Positions 11,618 through 25,087 of a DNA stretch of 64,000 nt are shown piece by piece (the first letter of the stretch is position 1; each line of letters starts with the position of its first letter). The notes beneath the pieces were generated by a model that made no database searches, was not told the DNA's origin, and saw nothing but the letters and a program-made list of their open reading frames with translations. Source of the stretch: Octopus sinensis (Eukaryota); contig NC_043006.1 in the NCBI RefSeq assembly GCF_006345805.1, positions 20,150,001 to 20,214,000 on the forward strand, given 5' to 3'. A program made the position numbers and the translations under genes.

Positions 11618-11920
11618 TATATATACTTCACTGACATCCTTATTGGCTTCCCCTATTCTAAATTCATCACTTACTCGAACTCTGTATGGTTCCATATTTC
11701 ATAATTCCTCATTTCAAACTACATCTTGCATGTAATTCCAGCACAATTTAACTGAATATTATTTTCTAGCTTGCTAGAAAATAATTTAGCAACCACTTAT
11801 AGATGTTCTCAGCTAATGTACAAATTTTAAGATCTTTCTGTTAAGTCCTATGCCTGCATTTAACCGTATTCCCACTTTTCATTGAACTTACAATTTAAAA
11901 TATTAATTCCTTATAGTTAC

Positions 11921-12061
11921 ATCATCATCATCATTTAGCGTCCGTTTTCCATGCTAGCATGGGTTGGACGGTTCTACTGGGGTCTGTGAAGCCAGAAGGC
12001 TTCATCAGGCCCAGTCAAATCTGGCAGTGTTTCTACGGCTGGATGCCCTTCCTAACGCCAA
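11921..12061 (-). mobile_element. Family C retroposon, 5'-truncated
   Basis: Tail and core only. Confidence 0.85.
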
Positions 12062-12160
12062 GCCCTTCCAAATAAATTCTTTATTCTTGTAACTATAAAC
12101 AAACGCTTATATTTAAAGCATATTCATTGCCCTCATTATTTACCTAATCATCATCGTCAT

Positions 12161-12387
12161 TTAACCCTTTAGTATTTAAACCAGCCATATCCAGCCAAAA
12201 TAGTTAATCTGTTTTATGTTCAAACTGACCAGATCCAGGCCCTCACACCTACCCTACAATGTTATTCTACATTAAGTAATTACACCATCAAGATCTTGAA
12301 GATATGAGAAAATGCATGATTAATTCAAATCAATGTGAATCAATAAGCATTATGTTTGATAGAATAATCTGAACACTAAAGGGTTAA
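12161..12387. mobile_element. piggyBac-type MITE (family E)
   Basis: TTAACCCTTTAG...CTAAAGGGTTAA. Confidence 0.8.
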
Positions 12388-12797
12388 TGTGCTTTCCATG
12401 GAGGCATGGGTTGGATGCAGCTGATAAGGTTAAGGGCTACACCAGGCTCCATTGTTTGTTCCGGCATGGTTTCTATGGCTGGATGCTCTTCCAAATGCCA
12501 AACACTCCACAGAGTGTATCAGGTGCGTTTTAGGTGGCACTAGCACCTGTATTAATTCTGTTGTGGTGGACAGGTCTTCTAGATTACAGAAAGGTACCAG
12601 ATATCTTGGTCAGGTTATATAAACCTGAATCCCATCATACTTAGCTGATTTATAACAATATACTTACATTACCTCTCAAAGTCTCTTGCTTCTCTCCTCC
12701 TTTCCTGAGCATAACCCTTTCCTTCCCACATATACTACCATTGCATTGACCACCATGCCACACAGCTAGTGACTCGTGAGTATATTTCACCCTGTGT

Positions 12798-14492
12798 GGG
12801 TGGCACGTAAAAAGCACCCACTACAGCCGTAGAAACACTGCCAGATCAGACTGGAGCCTGATGCAGCCTTCAGGCTTCCCAGACCCCAGTTGAACCATCC
12901 AACCCATACTAGCATGGAAAGCGGACGCTAAATGATGATGTCACCCTCCCCACAAAGCTTTAGACCTCCTCTTCACATAATTCCAATTTATTTGCCTCAT
13001 TTGTTCTTGCTGTTCTACACAGGTCTTCTTCACACCATCCTACTTAGTGCCTCCCCCCCCCCACTTCCCTATCCATATTGGCACTGGTCACTTCTTTCTA
13101 TAGCCTCCTCTAACTTTTGAACTTTATAAAGGTGGCACATAAAAAACACCATCCGAGTGTGGCCGTTCGCCAGCCTCATCTGGCACCTGTGTCGTGGCAC
13201 ATAAAAAACACCATCCGAGCGTGGCCGTTCGCCAGCCTCATCTGGTACCTGTGTCATGGCACATAAAAAACACCATCCGAGCGTGGCCGTTCTCCAGCCT
13301 CATCTGGCACCTGTGTCGGTGGCACATAAAAAGCACCATCCGAGCGTGGCCGTTCGCCAGCCTCGTCTGGCACATAAAAAACACCATCCGAGCGTGGCCG
13401 TTCGCCAGCCTCGTCTGGCACATAAAAAACACCATCCGAGCGTGGCCGTTCGCCAGCCTCGTCTGGCACCGGTGTCGGTGGCACATAAAAAACACCATCC
13501 GAGCGTGGCCGTTCGCCAGCCTCGTCTGGCACCTGTGTCGGTGGCACATAAAAAGCACCCACTACACTCACGGAGTGGTTGGCGTTAGGAAGGGCATCCA
13601 GCCGTAGAAACACTGCCAGATCAGACTGGAGCCTGATGCAGCCTTCAGGCTTCCCAGACCCCAGTTGAACCATCCAACCCATACTAGCATGGAAAGCGGA
13701 CGCTAAATGATGATGTCACCCTCCCCACAAAGCTTTAGACCTCCTCTTCACATAATTCCAATTTATTTGCCTCATTTGTTCTTGCTGTTCTACACAGGTC
13801 TTCTTCACACCATCCTACTTAGTGCCTCCCCCCCACTTCCCTATCCATATTGGCACTGGTCACTTCTTTCTATAGCCTCCTCTAACTTTTGAACTTTATA
13901 AAGGTGGCACATAAAAAACACCATCCGAGTGTGGCCGTTCGCCAGCCTCATCTGGCACCTGTGTCGTGGCACATAAAAAACACCATCCGAGCGTGGCCGT
14001 TCGCCAGCCTCATCTGGTACCTGTGTCATGGCACATAAAAAACACCATCCGAGCGTGGCCGTTCGCCAGCCTCATCTGGCACCTGTGTCGGTGGCACATA
14101 AAAAGCACCATCCGAGCGTGGCCGTTCGCCAGCCTCGTCTGGCACATAAAAAACACCATCCGAGCGTGGCCGTTCGCCAGCCTCGTCTGGCACATAAAAA
14201 ACACCATCCGAGCGTGGCCGTTCGCCAGCCTCGTCTGGCACCGGTGTCGGTGGCACATAAAAAACACCATCCGAGCGTGGCCGTTCGCCAGCCTCGTCTG
14301 GCACCTGTGTCGGTGGCACATAAAAAGCACCCACTACACTCACGGAGTGGGTGGCGTTAGGAAGGGCGTCCAGCTGTAGAAACACTGCCAAATCTGACTG
14401 GGCCTGGTGCAGCCTTCTGGCTTCCCAGACCCCAGTTGAACCGTCCAACCAATGCTAGCATGGAAAGCGGACGTTAAACGATGATGATGATG
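12798..14492 (+). repeat. Three family C elements forming a 775/772-bp tandem duplication
   Basis: 12825-13599 is repeated at 13600-14371, including about 190 bp of non-SINE spacer and the internal unit array. Confidence 0.92.
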
Positions 14493-14775
14493 TCATGTTT
14501 GTTAATTTTCCATCTAGCCTCTTATGACCTTGTATTCTCTGCTGCTCTTCCTCTAAGTTCATCTCTGTATACTTACTTCTACTAGTATATCATTACTTCC
14601 TATTAAGGCTCTCTCTCATTCTTCCTCCAATGATGGAATAAATTGCAACTATAATGTTGGCTGCTGACTGCTTGCAGGGAAATGCACTATCTGCACATAC
14701 ATCTGTTCTTGAAATGGTTTTTAATAGACTATCTGTACACCTTCCTACTTTCTCATCCGGCTTTGGATTCCGCTT

Positions 14776-15079
14776 GGTGGAAGCACTCCGTCGGTTACGA
14801 CGACGAGGGTTCCGGTTGATCCGATCAACGGAACAGCCTGCTCGTGAAATTAACGTGTAAGTGGCTGAGTACTCCACAGACACGTGTACCCTTAACGTAA
14901 TTCTTGGGGATATTCAGCGTGACACAGAGAGTGACAAGGCCGGCCCTTTGAAATACAGGTACAACAGAAACAGCAAGTAAGAGTGAGAGAAAGTTGTGGT
15001 GAAAGAGTACAGCAGGGATCACCACCATCCCTGCCGGAGCCTCGTGGAGCTTTAAGTGTTTTCGCTCAATAAACACTCA
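14776..15079 (-). mobile_element. SINE family B, 5'-truncated
   Basis: 15-bp TSD CTTTGGATTCCGCTT at 14761-14775 and 15080-15094. Confidence 0.92.
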
Positions 15080-15666
15080 CTTTGGATTCCGCTTATGACA
15101 AGCTTTACCAAAAATATGGACCTATCCAATAACTGTTCCAGAAAATACTAGCATATACCATAACCATTATGAACATTCTTCAAATGACCTTTTAATAATG
15201 TCTTGTGATCTATACTCCTGTAACCCACATCTTTAAGTATATAAACATTAAAACATTATAAGTTGAATTGATACTTGTTAATCCTTTTATTCTGTATGTG
15301 AGTGTGTGTGTGTCAAGCTAAATATATATATGGTCATCCTTGCATACAGGCATGACCTCTGCATCTCTCTCCAGCTAAGCATTCCTAATCTTGCGGGCTC
15401 ATAGGTGCCACATAAAAGCAGCCACTACACTCTGTACAGTGGTTGGCATTAGGAAGATGCATCCAGCCGCAGAAACCGTGTCAAAACAGATCTGAAACCC
15501 AGGAAGCACTTCAGCTGGCCCAGCTCCTGTCAAACTGTCCAACCCATACCAGCATGGAAAATGGACATTAAATGATGATGATGATATGTGTGTGTGTGTG
15601 TATGAAGGCATGTGGCCAGTAGTAAGCACCGCATGCTCCAAGTTACAAGATCATGATTTGCAGTTA

Positions 15667-15891
15667 TTAACAATTTCATTACCTTATTTATTTTGAAATG
15701 CTCTGTGTTTCTTTCAATTATTTTAAATATAACAAAGAATTTAGTAAACTTAGTTACCATTAAGCTAGTGTTTGTAGCATAAATTGTGACTAAGGTCTGG
15801 TGGAAGATTTTAATTCAAAACTTAAGAAAACAAGACAATTGTATTACAGAGCCAGAGGCGGTTTTGGCCGGGTTGGTAATGAAAGGGTTAA
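15667..15891. mobile_element. piggyBac-type MITE (family F)
   Basis: Reverse homolog of 56308-56535; ends GAAAGGGTTAA. Confidence 0.7.
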
Positions 15892-16021
15892 AGAATACTG
15901 TTGGTAGTCCTGGTTGTAGAAGACCTTGTTCTAATTTTTACTCTCTTTTCTTCTTGTTGTTTGTTCCAATTTGACTTTACGACACTTACACCTTTCTTTA
16001 TAACTCTCCACCACAATTTGC

Positions 16022-16230
16022 AATAACACAGACACACAAACACACATATATATATATACATATATACGACAGGCTTCTTTCAGTTTCCGTCTACCAAATC
16101 CACTCACAAGGCATTGGTCGGCCCTGGGCTATAGCAGAAGACACTTGCCCAAGATGTCACGTAGTGGGACTGAACCCGGAACCATGTGGTTGGATAGCAA
16201 GCTACTTTCCACACAGCCACTCCTACACCT
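16022..16230 (-). mobile_element. SINE family A, 5' half
   Basis: Matches family A head. Confidence 0.82.
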
Positions 16231-16796
16231 ATGGTGGAAGTTGACCTGTGACTGAGTTAAGACCACTTCTTAAACCCATTTCACGCAAATAAATATCTCC
16301 ATGAAATCACAATCAGACAACTTGCATCACTGAAATGTCACCATATATTCCACCCAGTGCAGGATAGATACAAATCTAGGCACACTTGCATACTGCAGGA
16401 CCATCAAGTTGAAGATGTAATCTTACCTTGTGAATGACATAGATGTATTATATATCCTAGCTTCTTGATTGTAACACAGATATCTCACCCTGCTTGCAAG
16501 GCTTGTTGGGTCTTTTCCAATATTGCATGTTACCAATAAACAGTCTTTCGTCATCTCTTTCACCCACACTATCTTTATTCCCAGTACCCTTATAAAAATT
16601 TCCACATGTCAAGGAATGGCATCACCTACTTTGAGGGGCACTGGTTTAGTTGCTTATACCTAGCCTAGTACTCATTTTAAAGTCAGTTACTTTCTGAGGT
16701 TATAGTAAAAGACAGTTGCCTATGGTACCATGCAGTGGAATTGAACCTGAAAACATGTGGTTTGCAAAGCGGCCTTCTTAATCATATGATCATACT

Positions 16797-17030
16797 TACT
16801 TCTTTACTACCCACAAAGGGCTAAACACAGAGAGGACAAACAAGGGCAGACAAATGGATTAAGTCGATTATATCGACCCAAGTGCGTAACTGGTATTTAA
16901 TTTATTGACCCCGAAAGGATGAAAGGCAAAGTCGACCTCAGCGGAATTTGAACTCAGAACATAGTGGCAGACGAAATACGGCTACACATTTCGCCCGGTG
17001 TGCTAACGATTCTGCCAGTTAACCACCTTC
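16797..17030 (-). mobile_element. SINE family D
   Basis: Near full-length monomer. Confidence 0.85.
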
Positions 17031-17155
17031 ATATGATCATACCTGTGCCTTAAAATTTTATCCACTTGCTGAGGTACTTGAACTTGCAATCCTCAGATGA
17101 AATTATAGTATGTAAAACTGATGCTTAAGTGACTGATATCCACAAACACACATAT

Positions 17156-17700
17156 ACTCTTTTACTTGTTTCAGTCTGTTGACTGCGGCCATGCTGGAGC
17201 ACCGCCTTTAGTCGAGCAAATCTACCCCAGGACTTATTCTTTGTAAGCCCAGTACTTATTCTATCGGTCTCTTTTTGTATCATCATCTATCAATCTATCT
17301 ATATGCACACGCACATACATACAGGTGCACCATGCAACCATGAGGCTCTGAGTTTAACCTCACTGCACAGCACCTCAAGCAAGTGTTTTAGTGTCTTTTA
17401 CTATAACCTTGGGTTAACCAATGCTTTGTGAGTGAATTTAGTAGACAGGAACCATGTGGAAGCTCAGTATGTGTTCGAATATATATATGTATGTGTGCAC
17501 ATCTTTGTTTGTTCCTCCCATCATCACTTGAAGACTGGTGTTGATTTGCATACGTCTCCTTCAAGCAGTTTGGCAAATGAAACCAATGGAATAAGTACCA
17601 AACTTCAAAGAGAATAAGTACTGGGGTCAATTTGTTCGACTAAAAGCTTCAAGGCAGTGTCCCAGCATGGATGCAGTCCAATGACTGAAACAGGTAGAAG
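17156..17700. mobile_element. Family A 3' fragment (minus, 17156-17277) and a degenerate family A-like SINE (plus, about 17330-17700)
   Basis: CAGCATGGCCGCAGTC and GACTGAAAC tail motifs. Confidence 0.6.
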
Positions 17701-18394
17701 ACAAAGAATAAATATCAGTTTGATCATCTGACGTTTGTTTTTCGACACTAGTAAGAGTTACAAGTAATAAATAGGCTTCGGAGAGACTTCGCTGCATGGT
17801 AAATTTAATGTTCTCGCCTAGAGATCGCAGTGGCGTGAAACAAGTGATTAAAAGACATTAAGATAGGCAGACAGACAATTACTACTGTGCAGCGTGGGTT
17901 TTGTAATCCATTTTACTTTAATTTTGAATATTTACGTTTTTTTTAAAGAATAACTCTGCTTGCCTCTTTTTGAAAAATTGCTAATAATTAGCGTTAAAGT
18001 AAATTTAAACTAAACTATACTGAAATTTAAGGACTTTAAATTAAAAAAAAAAAATGTTTATTTATGGAGAATAAAACTTACAGGAAGTTACTTAGTTGGG
18101 CTACCACGTGGGAATTAAGGGTTAAAATAATGTCCTTATGTACAGAAGTGCGCAACAAACACGAATTCTTAGTTTAACACAAAATACTGTTTAAATTTAC
18201 ATTCAATATTAACTATTAACAATTAACGAAGGAGCAATAAAGTTTACAATTATACTTGAAAGAACGAAACTAATTAATAATTAAAGCCCAATACATGTTA
18301 GGACTACTTCCTCTTTGAACCGATTTCAGTCAACGGACTTACTCGCTTTCAAAACTTTTAACTACTCATATCGACTTCAAGCACTTACTTGAGT

Positions 18395-18640
18395 CCCTGA
18401 GGTCGAATTTGCCTTTCATCCTTAGCACGCCGGGCGAAATTCGTAGCCGTATTTCGTCTGTCGTTACGTTCCGAGTTCCAATTCCGCCGAGGTCGACTTT
18501 GCCTTTCATCCTTTCGGGGGTCGATAAATTAAGTACCAGTTACGCACTGAGGGCGTTGTAATCGACTTAATACCTATGTCTGTCCTTGTTTGTCCCCTCT
18601 GTGTTTAGCCCCTTGTGGGCAATAAAGAAATACATTTCAA
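18395..18640 (+). mobile_element. SINE family D with a duplicated internal fragment at its 5' end
   Basis: GAGGTCGAATTTGCCTTTCATCC precedes TTAGCACGCCGGGCGAAA... Confidence 0.85.
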
Positions 18641-19531
18641 CGGAGATTTTGTAGAAGACAATTGCCGGTATATTGTGTAATCGAACTCGGAACTACGTGG
18701 TTGCGAATATCAACACAACTTTGTTCTATTATGTAAATAAAAGACAGAATAATCACCAGATGAGACGCTTTTTCTTTTTTTTTTTATAAGTCTACAAAAC
18801 TTATAAAAGCTGGGATTAAACGATCACTATTTTTATTTTATTTCGTTTCCGGGTAATATTGTAAACATGAACCTTTATTTGATACTCGCCATAAATTATG
18901 CTGAGGTTTGATTCTCACAAATTTATAGACAGTGTTTTATGCTTCCTTTTGAGAAATTTTCTGACACTCATATAAGCCTCTAACTGGTCACCAAATATGC
19001 TGGAAACAGTAGCCAAATCACCTAATAATATAATAATACAAACTACCACTTGAGAACACATATCGGATAATGTCATTGTAGACGAATATGATGATAAGAC
19101 AATTAAGAGCTGGATCGGTTTTAATTAGACGATCTGATTCATTAGGGTTAATTAAATAACAAATAAATATTTTGCGGGTGTCTGTGTACGGATTGTGTCT
19201 ACAAACGAACAGAACAGAAAAAAGAAAAAAAAAAGAAAAGCTGTGGTGATGGCAAAATTAAACAAATTCAAAATTTTGAGAAATAATTCTTTTTTCCAGA
19301 CGTGTAAATATTTCTTTGTCAGAAAAATACAAGACAACAAATTAAACAACACACACAGACACACACACACACACACATTTAAACACGTGTAGACGTCCAG
19401 GTATTTGTCGGGAGGGTTTGTGCTGTATGGGTTGGTTGGTTGTTGCTCTCTCGAGGTTCGTTCGGGTAACCCTAAGAAGAAAGGAAGCAAGCAAGGAAGC
19501 AAGCAAGGAATTTTCAGCTGATTTCACTTAC

Positions 19532-19720
19532 ATTTAACAAATATATATGTTCCGAGCAATATTTGTCGTCATTGTTCGGTCTGAACCGACAGAACCTTCT
19601 CTTTTTTTTAATGTAGAACGAACACGAAGGAGGAGCACCAACAACTTGTGGTGGATTATTTACAGAAGAATCAGACACTGATGATGATGATGTTGTTGTT
19701 GTTGCTGTCTCCACAGACAT
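19532..19720 (-). CDS. TRMT13: First coding exon of tRNA:m4X methyltransferase TRM13 homolog
   Basis: 189 nt (63 codons) MSVETA...CSFYIKKKRRFCRFRPNNDDKYCSEHIYLLN followed by a GTAAGT donor in phase 0. The C-x-F/Y-x2-KK-x-RFCR-x7-YC-x-EH motif matches the TRM13 N-terminal zinc finger (human CGYYVEKKKRFCRMVVAAGKRFCGEH, from memory). Downstream exons not recognised in the window. Confidence 0.88.
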
Positions 19721-21006
19721 CGTGATAGCTGTTTCAATCTTGCTTTCTTACCATTTTGCCACTCCTTCACGTACAAGGTATACACACGTCATTAAAGAAC
19801 TGATACATGGACACATACACACACACACATATATATACATATATATATATATAAGCAAAAAGTTGTGTCCCTTTAAGTTTTGAGTTCGAATCTCAGCGGA
19901 AAGTCATTCAGCTGTTTTTTTTTTTTAATATTCTTTTAGAGCCCCCCTCTCACTTTCTGAAATTTCTGGCTTTTATATAAATTTTAGAAATCATTATAAG
20001 CCAAGTAAAAATCACACAGCAAAAACTAGCTTCTTTCAATTAACGTTTAAACTGCGCAAAAATGGTATTTGACATGATTGAAAGTTTTCTCACCACGCCT
20101 AGCCGAACGTTAAAAAAAATTTTTTTTTAATTCCCTAGACTCGTGGAAATTTTAGATCTAGATAAGATTTTATTTTTGGTTCCGTATAGAAATACCAAGA
20201 ATACTGAAGTCACGGTAAATTTATGCTGTTACTATTTATTAAATAGAAGGGAAATTTGCTGCTGAATATGTTTTTTTTTTTTATTTCTTGTAACCATGAA
20301 CAATTTCGTTTTGACTTCCTCCAAACCGGACAAAACCGAATTTTTAGTCGGTTTCGTGCAGGAAGTAACAACAAAACCAGCAGCAATGGCACATAACGGC
20401 TTTTCATTGGTTGATTTATACTGTTACCGTTATTCACTATTAAATGCTAAAAAAATTTGCTGCTGAATAGGTTATTTTTTTCAAAACTGTTGACCCTTTT
20501 TTGTTTCTTTTTTTACGCAATTTTTATTTTGCATTTGAAAAAAATATTTTAAAAAAACAGTTAATCTTTTTTTTTACAAAAATTCGCTTATAAAAATAAT
20601 AGAAATTAAAATAACTATACTGAGAAATTAAATATTATATTTTTACCTCATCTCAGTTTCTTTTTTCTCTCTCTCTCTCCCTCTCTTTAAATCTAATTCT
20701 CTTTTTCTTTTTCTTCTCCTCTTCTTCACTCCCTTGTGACTATCACCCTTTTGTTTAAACCCTCTCTCTCTCTCTCTATCACTTCCTCCCACTTCCTCCT
20801 TATCTAAGTCTTCTTCCAACATGAAGTCAACATAGTCTATGACGTCACATATATGGCCACTCTACTCTTAGAGTCGTTTACGTGAAACAGGCAAATTTTT
20901 TTTTCAGGCTGGAAACAAATCTTTTGACCGATTTTTTTTTCTTCTCTCTCCACCGACTACTTCACATGACCCTTTAAATCTGTCGATACCTAGAGAATTT
21001 TTAACC
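19721..21006. promoter_or_regulatory. Putative bidirectional promoter and 5' UTRs of TRMT13 and RAD23
   Basis: 1286 bp between divergent ATGs, free of the SINE families that fill both flanks. Contains a perfect TGACGTCA (CRE) palindrome at 20840-20847, a reverse CCAAT near 20405 and (CT)n tracts near 20660-20790. Function is inferred from position. Confidence 0.6.
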
Positions 21007-21072
21007 ATGTTGATCACACTGAGAACGTTACAACAACATATGTTTAAAGTAGAGATTGATGTAAATTCAACC
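21007..21072 (+). CDS. RAD23: First coding exon of UV excision repair protein RAD23 homolog (start of ubiquitin-like domain)
   Basis: ATG at 21007 gives MLITLRTLQQHMFKVEIDVNST (22 codons), then a GTAAGT donor at 21073 in phase 0. Matches human RAD23B N-terminus MQVTLKTLQQQTFKIDIDPEET, recalled to be the same 66-nt first exon. The longer 122-aa ORF in the track reads through into intron microsatellite. Confidence 0.88.
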
Positions 21073-21661
21073 GTAAGTATAAACCTAGTTATACATACGT
21101 GTGTATATATACATATATATCTATCTATATCTATATATATTCCAAGTCTTTCTCTCTATGTACACTTATATACGTATATACATATTTATATACATACATA
21201 TACACACATATGTATATATATATATATACACACGTCGATTCTGTTGTCTATTAAAATGTATGATCAATGTCCCAACAAGTGTATAGTAAAGTCGATAGTC
21301 GGTTTGTATGTCTCTAGGTGTGTATATAAAAAATATATATATTTATACATGTATGTATACGCGTGTCGTGTATAGTAGAATGCTGATTTGTATATGAAAC
21401 TTGTATATACCATATCTGCGCACGTGTGTGTATATATATATATAGATATATAGCCAAGTGTAGCTGTGTGTATATATCTAACTAAGCTAGTATGGCTGCT
21501 AACACGCAATAGTTTATAATATATATATATATATACATACATGCACACTCCTCACTGTAAAAAAAAAAGGAGGTAATAAAAATGGCTTTCTTTGCTGTCT
21601 CAGTTATCTACTATATTATTTCCTTTATTTAAAAGCTTTTATCATATAAAATGACCCATAT

Positions 21662-21715
<54 letters not shown>

Positions 21716-22116
21716 GTGTGTGTGTGTGTGTTTGTATGTATGTATGTATATATATGAGCAGGGTTAGTTGAACCAGAAACGGGTTTCCACCAAATGACCA
21801 GTCCGTTTTTCATTACCAGTGTCCTAATATCCAAATCTTGTCTCCCTTTCTGCCATTATTTGTCCTAATGTAGAGGCCAAACTAATGGAAAGCAAGTCCT
21901 ACCATCTGCCCTGACTTCTAAGAAGCTTAATTCGATTACCGTCTCTAGTAAAATCTAAATTCATGACATGGCTCTCTCTCTCTCATGTACGAATGTATAT
22001 GTGTATGTTATATAGATGTATGCGTAGACGTGTCTATATATACATATAGACACTATATATATATATAGACACTATATATATATATATATATATAGACACT
22101 GAGATCTCCCTTATAG

Positions 22117-22204
22117 TAGAAAGAATAGCTATAACTCTTTGACTGCTATTTCTAAATTCGGTGTGTGGTGAGGCAAATCGCTGCTAAACCCTTAATTACT
22201 TAGT
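22117..22204 (+). repeat. 88-bp unclassified repeat, second copy at 23591-23678
   Basis: TAGAAAGAATAGC...AAATTCGGTGTGTGGTGAGGCAAATCG...AATTACTTAGT occurs twice, 1474 bp apart, both beside (TA)n. Confidence 0.8.
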
Positions 22205-23796
22205 ATTACTTATATATATATATATATATATACGTGAACGTATATATATATCGTATCTTCAGTTTCAGCATTTTATATACCTCTCTACACTCTTGAATAG
22301 TTGTCTCCTTTCCATAAATCGATCACTCTTGATTATCTCTACTATCTCTACTATCTCTAATAGCTACATAGATACTAATTATGGACAAGTCAAAGTTAAT
22401 TCACTTCTCAGCCACCATTTTTATTCATCAATTGCTATCACCACATCATTCTTGCAACCAGCAGTGGTGTGGGGGGTTAAAGTGTAAATCATTCCACATA
22501 GTTTTATAAGTATGTCCTTCCATAAACCAAAACCACACTGACCAACACACCACTCAAGGTGCTAACCACCGTCTAATCTACCTTTACACCATCGGTGAAG
22601 TCTCTTCACTTAGTCACGAGTCTTCAGTGCCAACACCTGAGAAGATCTTACTCCTCATCCCTGCACCTTCCGTTCATCAGACATCCCGGTACTTCTTCGT
22701 CTCTCTCTTTCTCTCTCCTCTGCGTCATGGTATAATAATTGTGTTTGCAACAACATAGGAGGCCCGAGGAGGCCTTAAATATACTGGGGGGGGGGAGTGA
22801 GTGGTAGAGAGGAAGGAGAGAGAGAGAAAACAATAGTCAGTGAAATGGACCTCAATACTTGACTGCTAACTGTGTATTTTCTTGATCTCGGGTGGGTGGT
22901 GGGGCGGATAAAGGACAAAGTTGACCTCTGGGATTTGAACTCGGAACGCAGGGAACCAGACGAAATACGGGCAAGGCATTTTTAGCTCGACTGTCCACCA
23001 CCCCTGGTATTTCAACTGAACGAAAGGGATGTAATAGAAATAGAAGGGGAAGAAACCCCCAGCTTTTTTTCCATTAACCTCTAAACCTCTAATTTACTTT
23101 AACGCCTACCAAAATTTTGTCATGATATCCCACCCCATTTAGCACCCGCATCGCTTGTTACACCTGGCTTATCTTCCTTTGCAGCATCCTTCAGTCCCCC
23201 CCTATACACACACACACACATCGCATCCACACCTTGGGTTATCTATTTGTCTCAACATCCTGCCCTCTTCTTTCACTTAGCTGTATCTCGCTAATATATC
23301 TCTTTTTAAAAAACTTCTCCCGTCCCTTTCGCTTATCGCATTTTAAGTAAGGTTCAGTTGACAGTCAACGAAATCCCTTGCAAGTGTTTAGTTATGGCCC
23401 TTTACCTCTTTATCTTCCGAGTTAAAAATCCTGCCGAGGTCAGTCTAGCCTTTCATCCTTCCTGAGTCGATAAAAAGTAGTAAAGTCGATTTCGATAATC
23501 CTTCAAAATCTCCGAGAGCTTGATTGGAAGTGTATTCTATGACTCCACAGTTTATATATAAAAAAACATCAACTACACTATATATATATCTAGAAAGAAT
23601 AGCCATAACTCTTTGATTGCTATTTCTAAATTCGGTGTGTGGTGAGGCAAATCGTTGCTAAACCCTTAATTACTTAGTGTATATATGTATATATATATAT
23701 ATATGGTGCAGTTATTTCACCCTAAAAGAAATGCTAACCTCGGTGTTGTCTTGTATTTTAACTGTGGGAATTGGATAACTACTTCCTCGTCTTACG

Positions 23797-23852
<56 letters not shown>

Positions 23853-24651
23853 TACACACACACACACACACAAACACTGTATTTCTGATGAGCAATTAGA
23901 TTGATAATTCCAACAAATAATCAATAATATCAATACGAAAAAAAAACTAGATTCTATTAGCTTTTGCTTTGTTAACTGGGATTCCGTTGCTAACGGTTTT
24001 CAATGTCTTACTATTGAATTACTAAGATTTAACCCTTTTCTTCCAACCAACCAACCAACCCTCTTCCCAACTACCATACCCTTATTTCATTTAACTTCTG
24101 CTGCATACCCAACTATTTTACCATTACCATTTACACACCCGCTCTCCCTCCATCTACTCTCATCTAGCCCTTATTCCCTTACCACACGTCAGTTCTATAG
24201 CCCGCCCTATCTTTTATATATATATGTATGTATGTATGTATATATATATCCTGCACTCCTTTGTTTTTCTTCCCTTCACTGTCTGTCCCACCCTATATAT
24301 ATATATACACATTAACCTCGTCCTCCTACTTCCTTCACTATTTCTACTCCCACGACTTTCAAACTGGAACGCTTACCGTTTCTCTTTTAATTATTATATT
24401 AGGCTCCTTGTGAGTCTCTTTCTTTCTTTCTTCCCCCCTTCCTCCTCCTCTTCCCCCCCCCCGACCGGTTTTTTTTTAGTCGCTATATTTCACAGTTCAA
24501 TTCTCGGTCAGTCTTCTGTTGTCTCCTGTGTAAAAGGTAACATGGATGTGTGAGAGAAAATTTACAATAATAAGCTGGTTAAACCTGGAAAATGTCGATG
24601 AATAAGCATCTATTTTACTTTTGTTGTCTTCTCTCTCTCTCTCTCTCTCTC

Positions 24652-24689
<38 letters not shown>

Positions 24690-24692
<3 letters not shown>

Positions 24693-24895
24693 CTTTATTG
24701 CCCACAAGGGGCTAAACATAAAGGGGACAAACAAGGACAGACAAAGGGATTAAGTCGATTACATCGACCCCAGTGCGAAACTGGTACTTTATTTATCGAC
24801 CCCGAAAGGATGAAAGGTAAAGTCGACCTCGGCGGAATTTGAACTCAGAACGTAACGACAGACGAAATACCGCTAAGCATTTCGCCCGGCACGCT
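24690..24895 (-). mobile_element. SINE family D
   Basis: Monomer adjacent to (CT)n(TA)n. Confidence 0.88.
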
Positions 24896-25013
24896 TATAC
24901 CAATTAAGGACTGACCACGAAAAGTGGACAGTCAACATGCTAGATATAGACGTCAAATCGCCATTCTCCACAAAGATTATGTTTTAATTGATAAATATCA
25001 ATTTCTACCCTTA

Positions 25014-25087
<74 letters not shown>

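Noticed and set aside
16423-16605. 60-aa minus-strand ORF ending at a strong donor (AAG|GTAAGA), a candidate TRMT13 exon
   Set aside because: No frame resembles TRM13 exon 2 or 3 sequence.
22648-22833. Possible first exon on the minus strand (MTQRREKERDEE / MSDERK)
   Set aside because: All frames close within about 30 codons, it lies antisense in the presumed RAD23 intron 1, and no homolog recognised.
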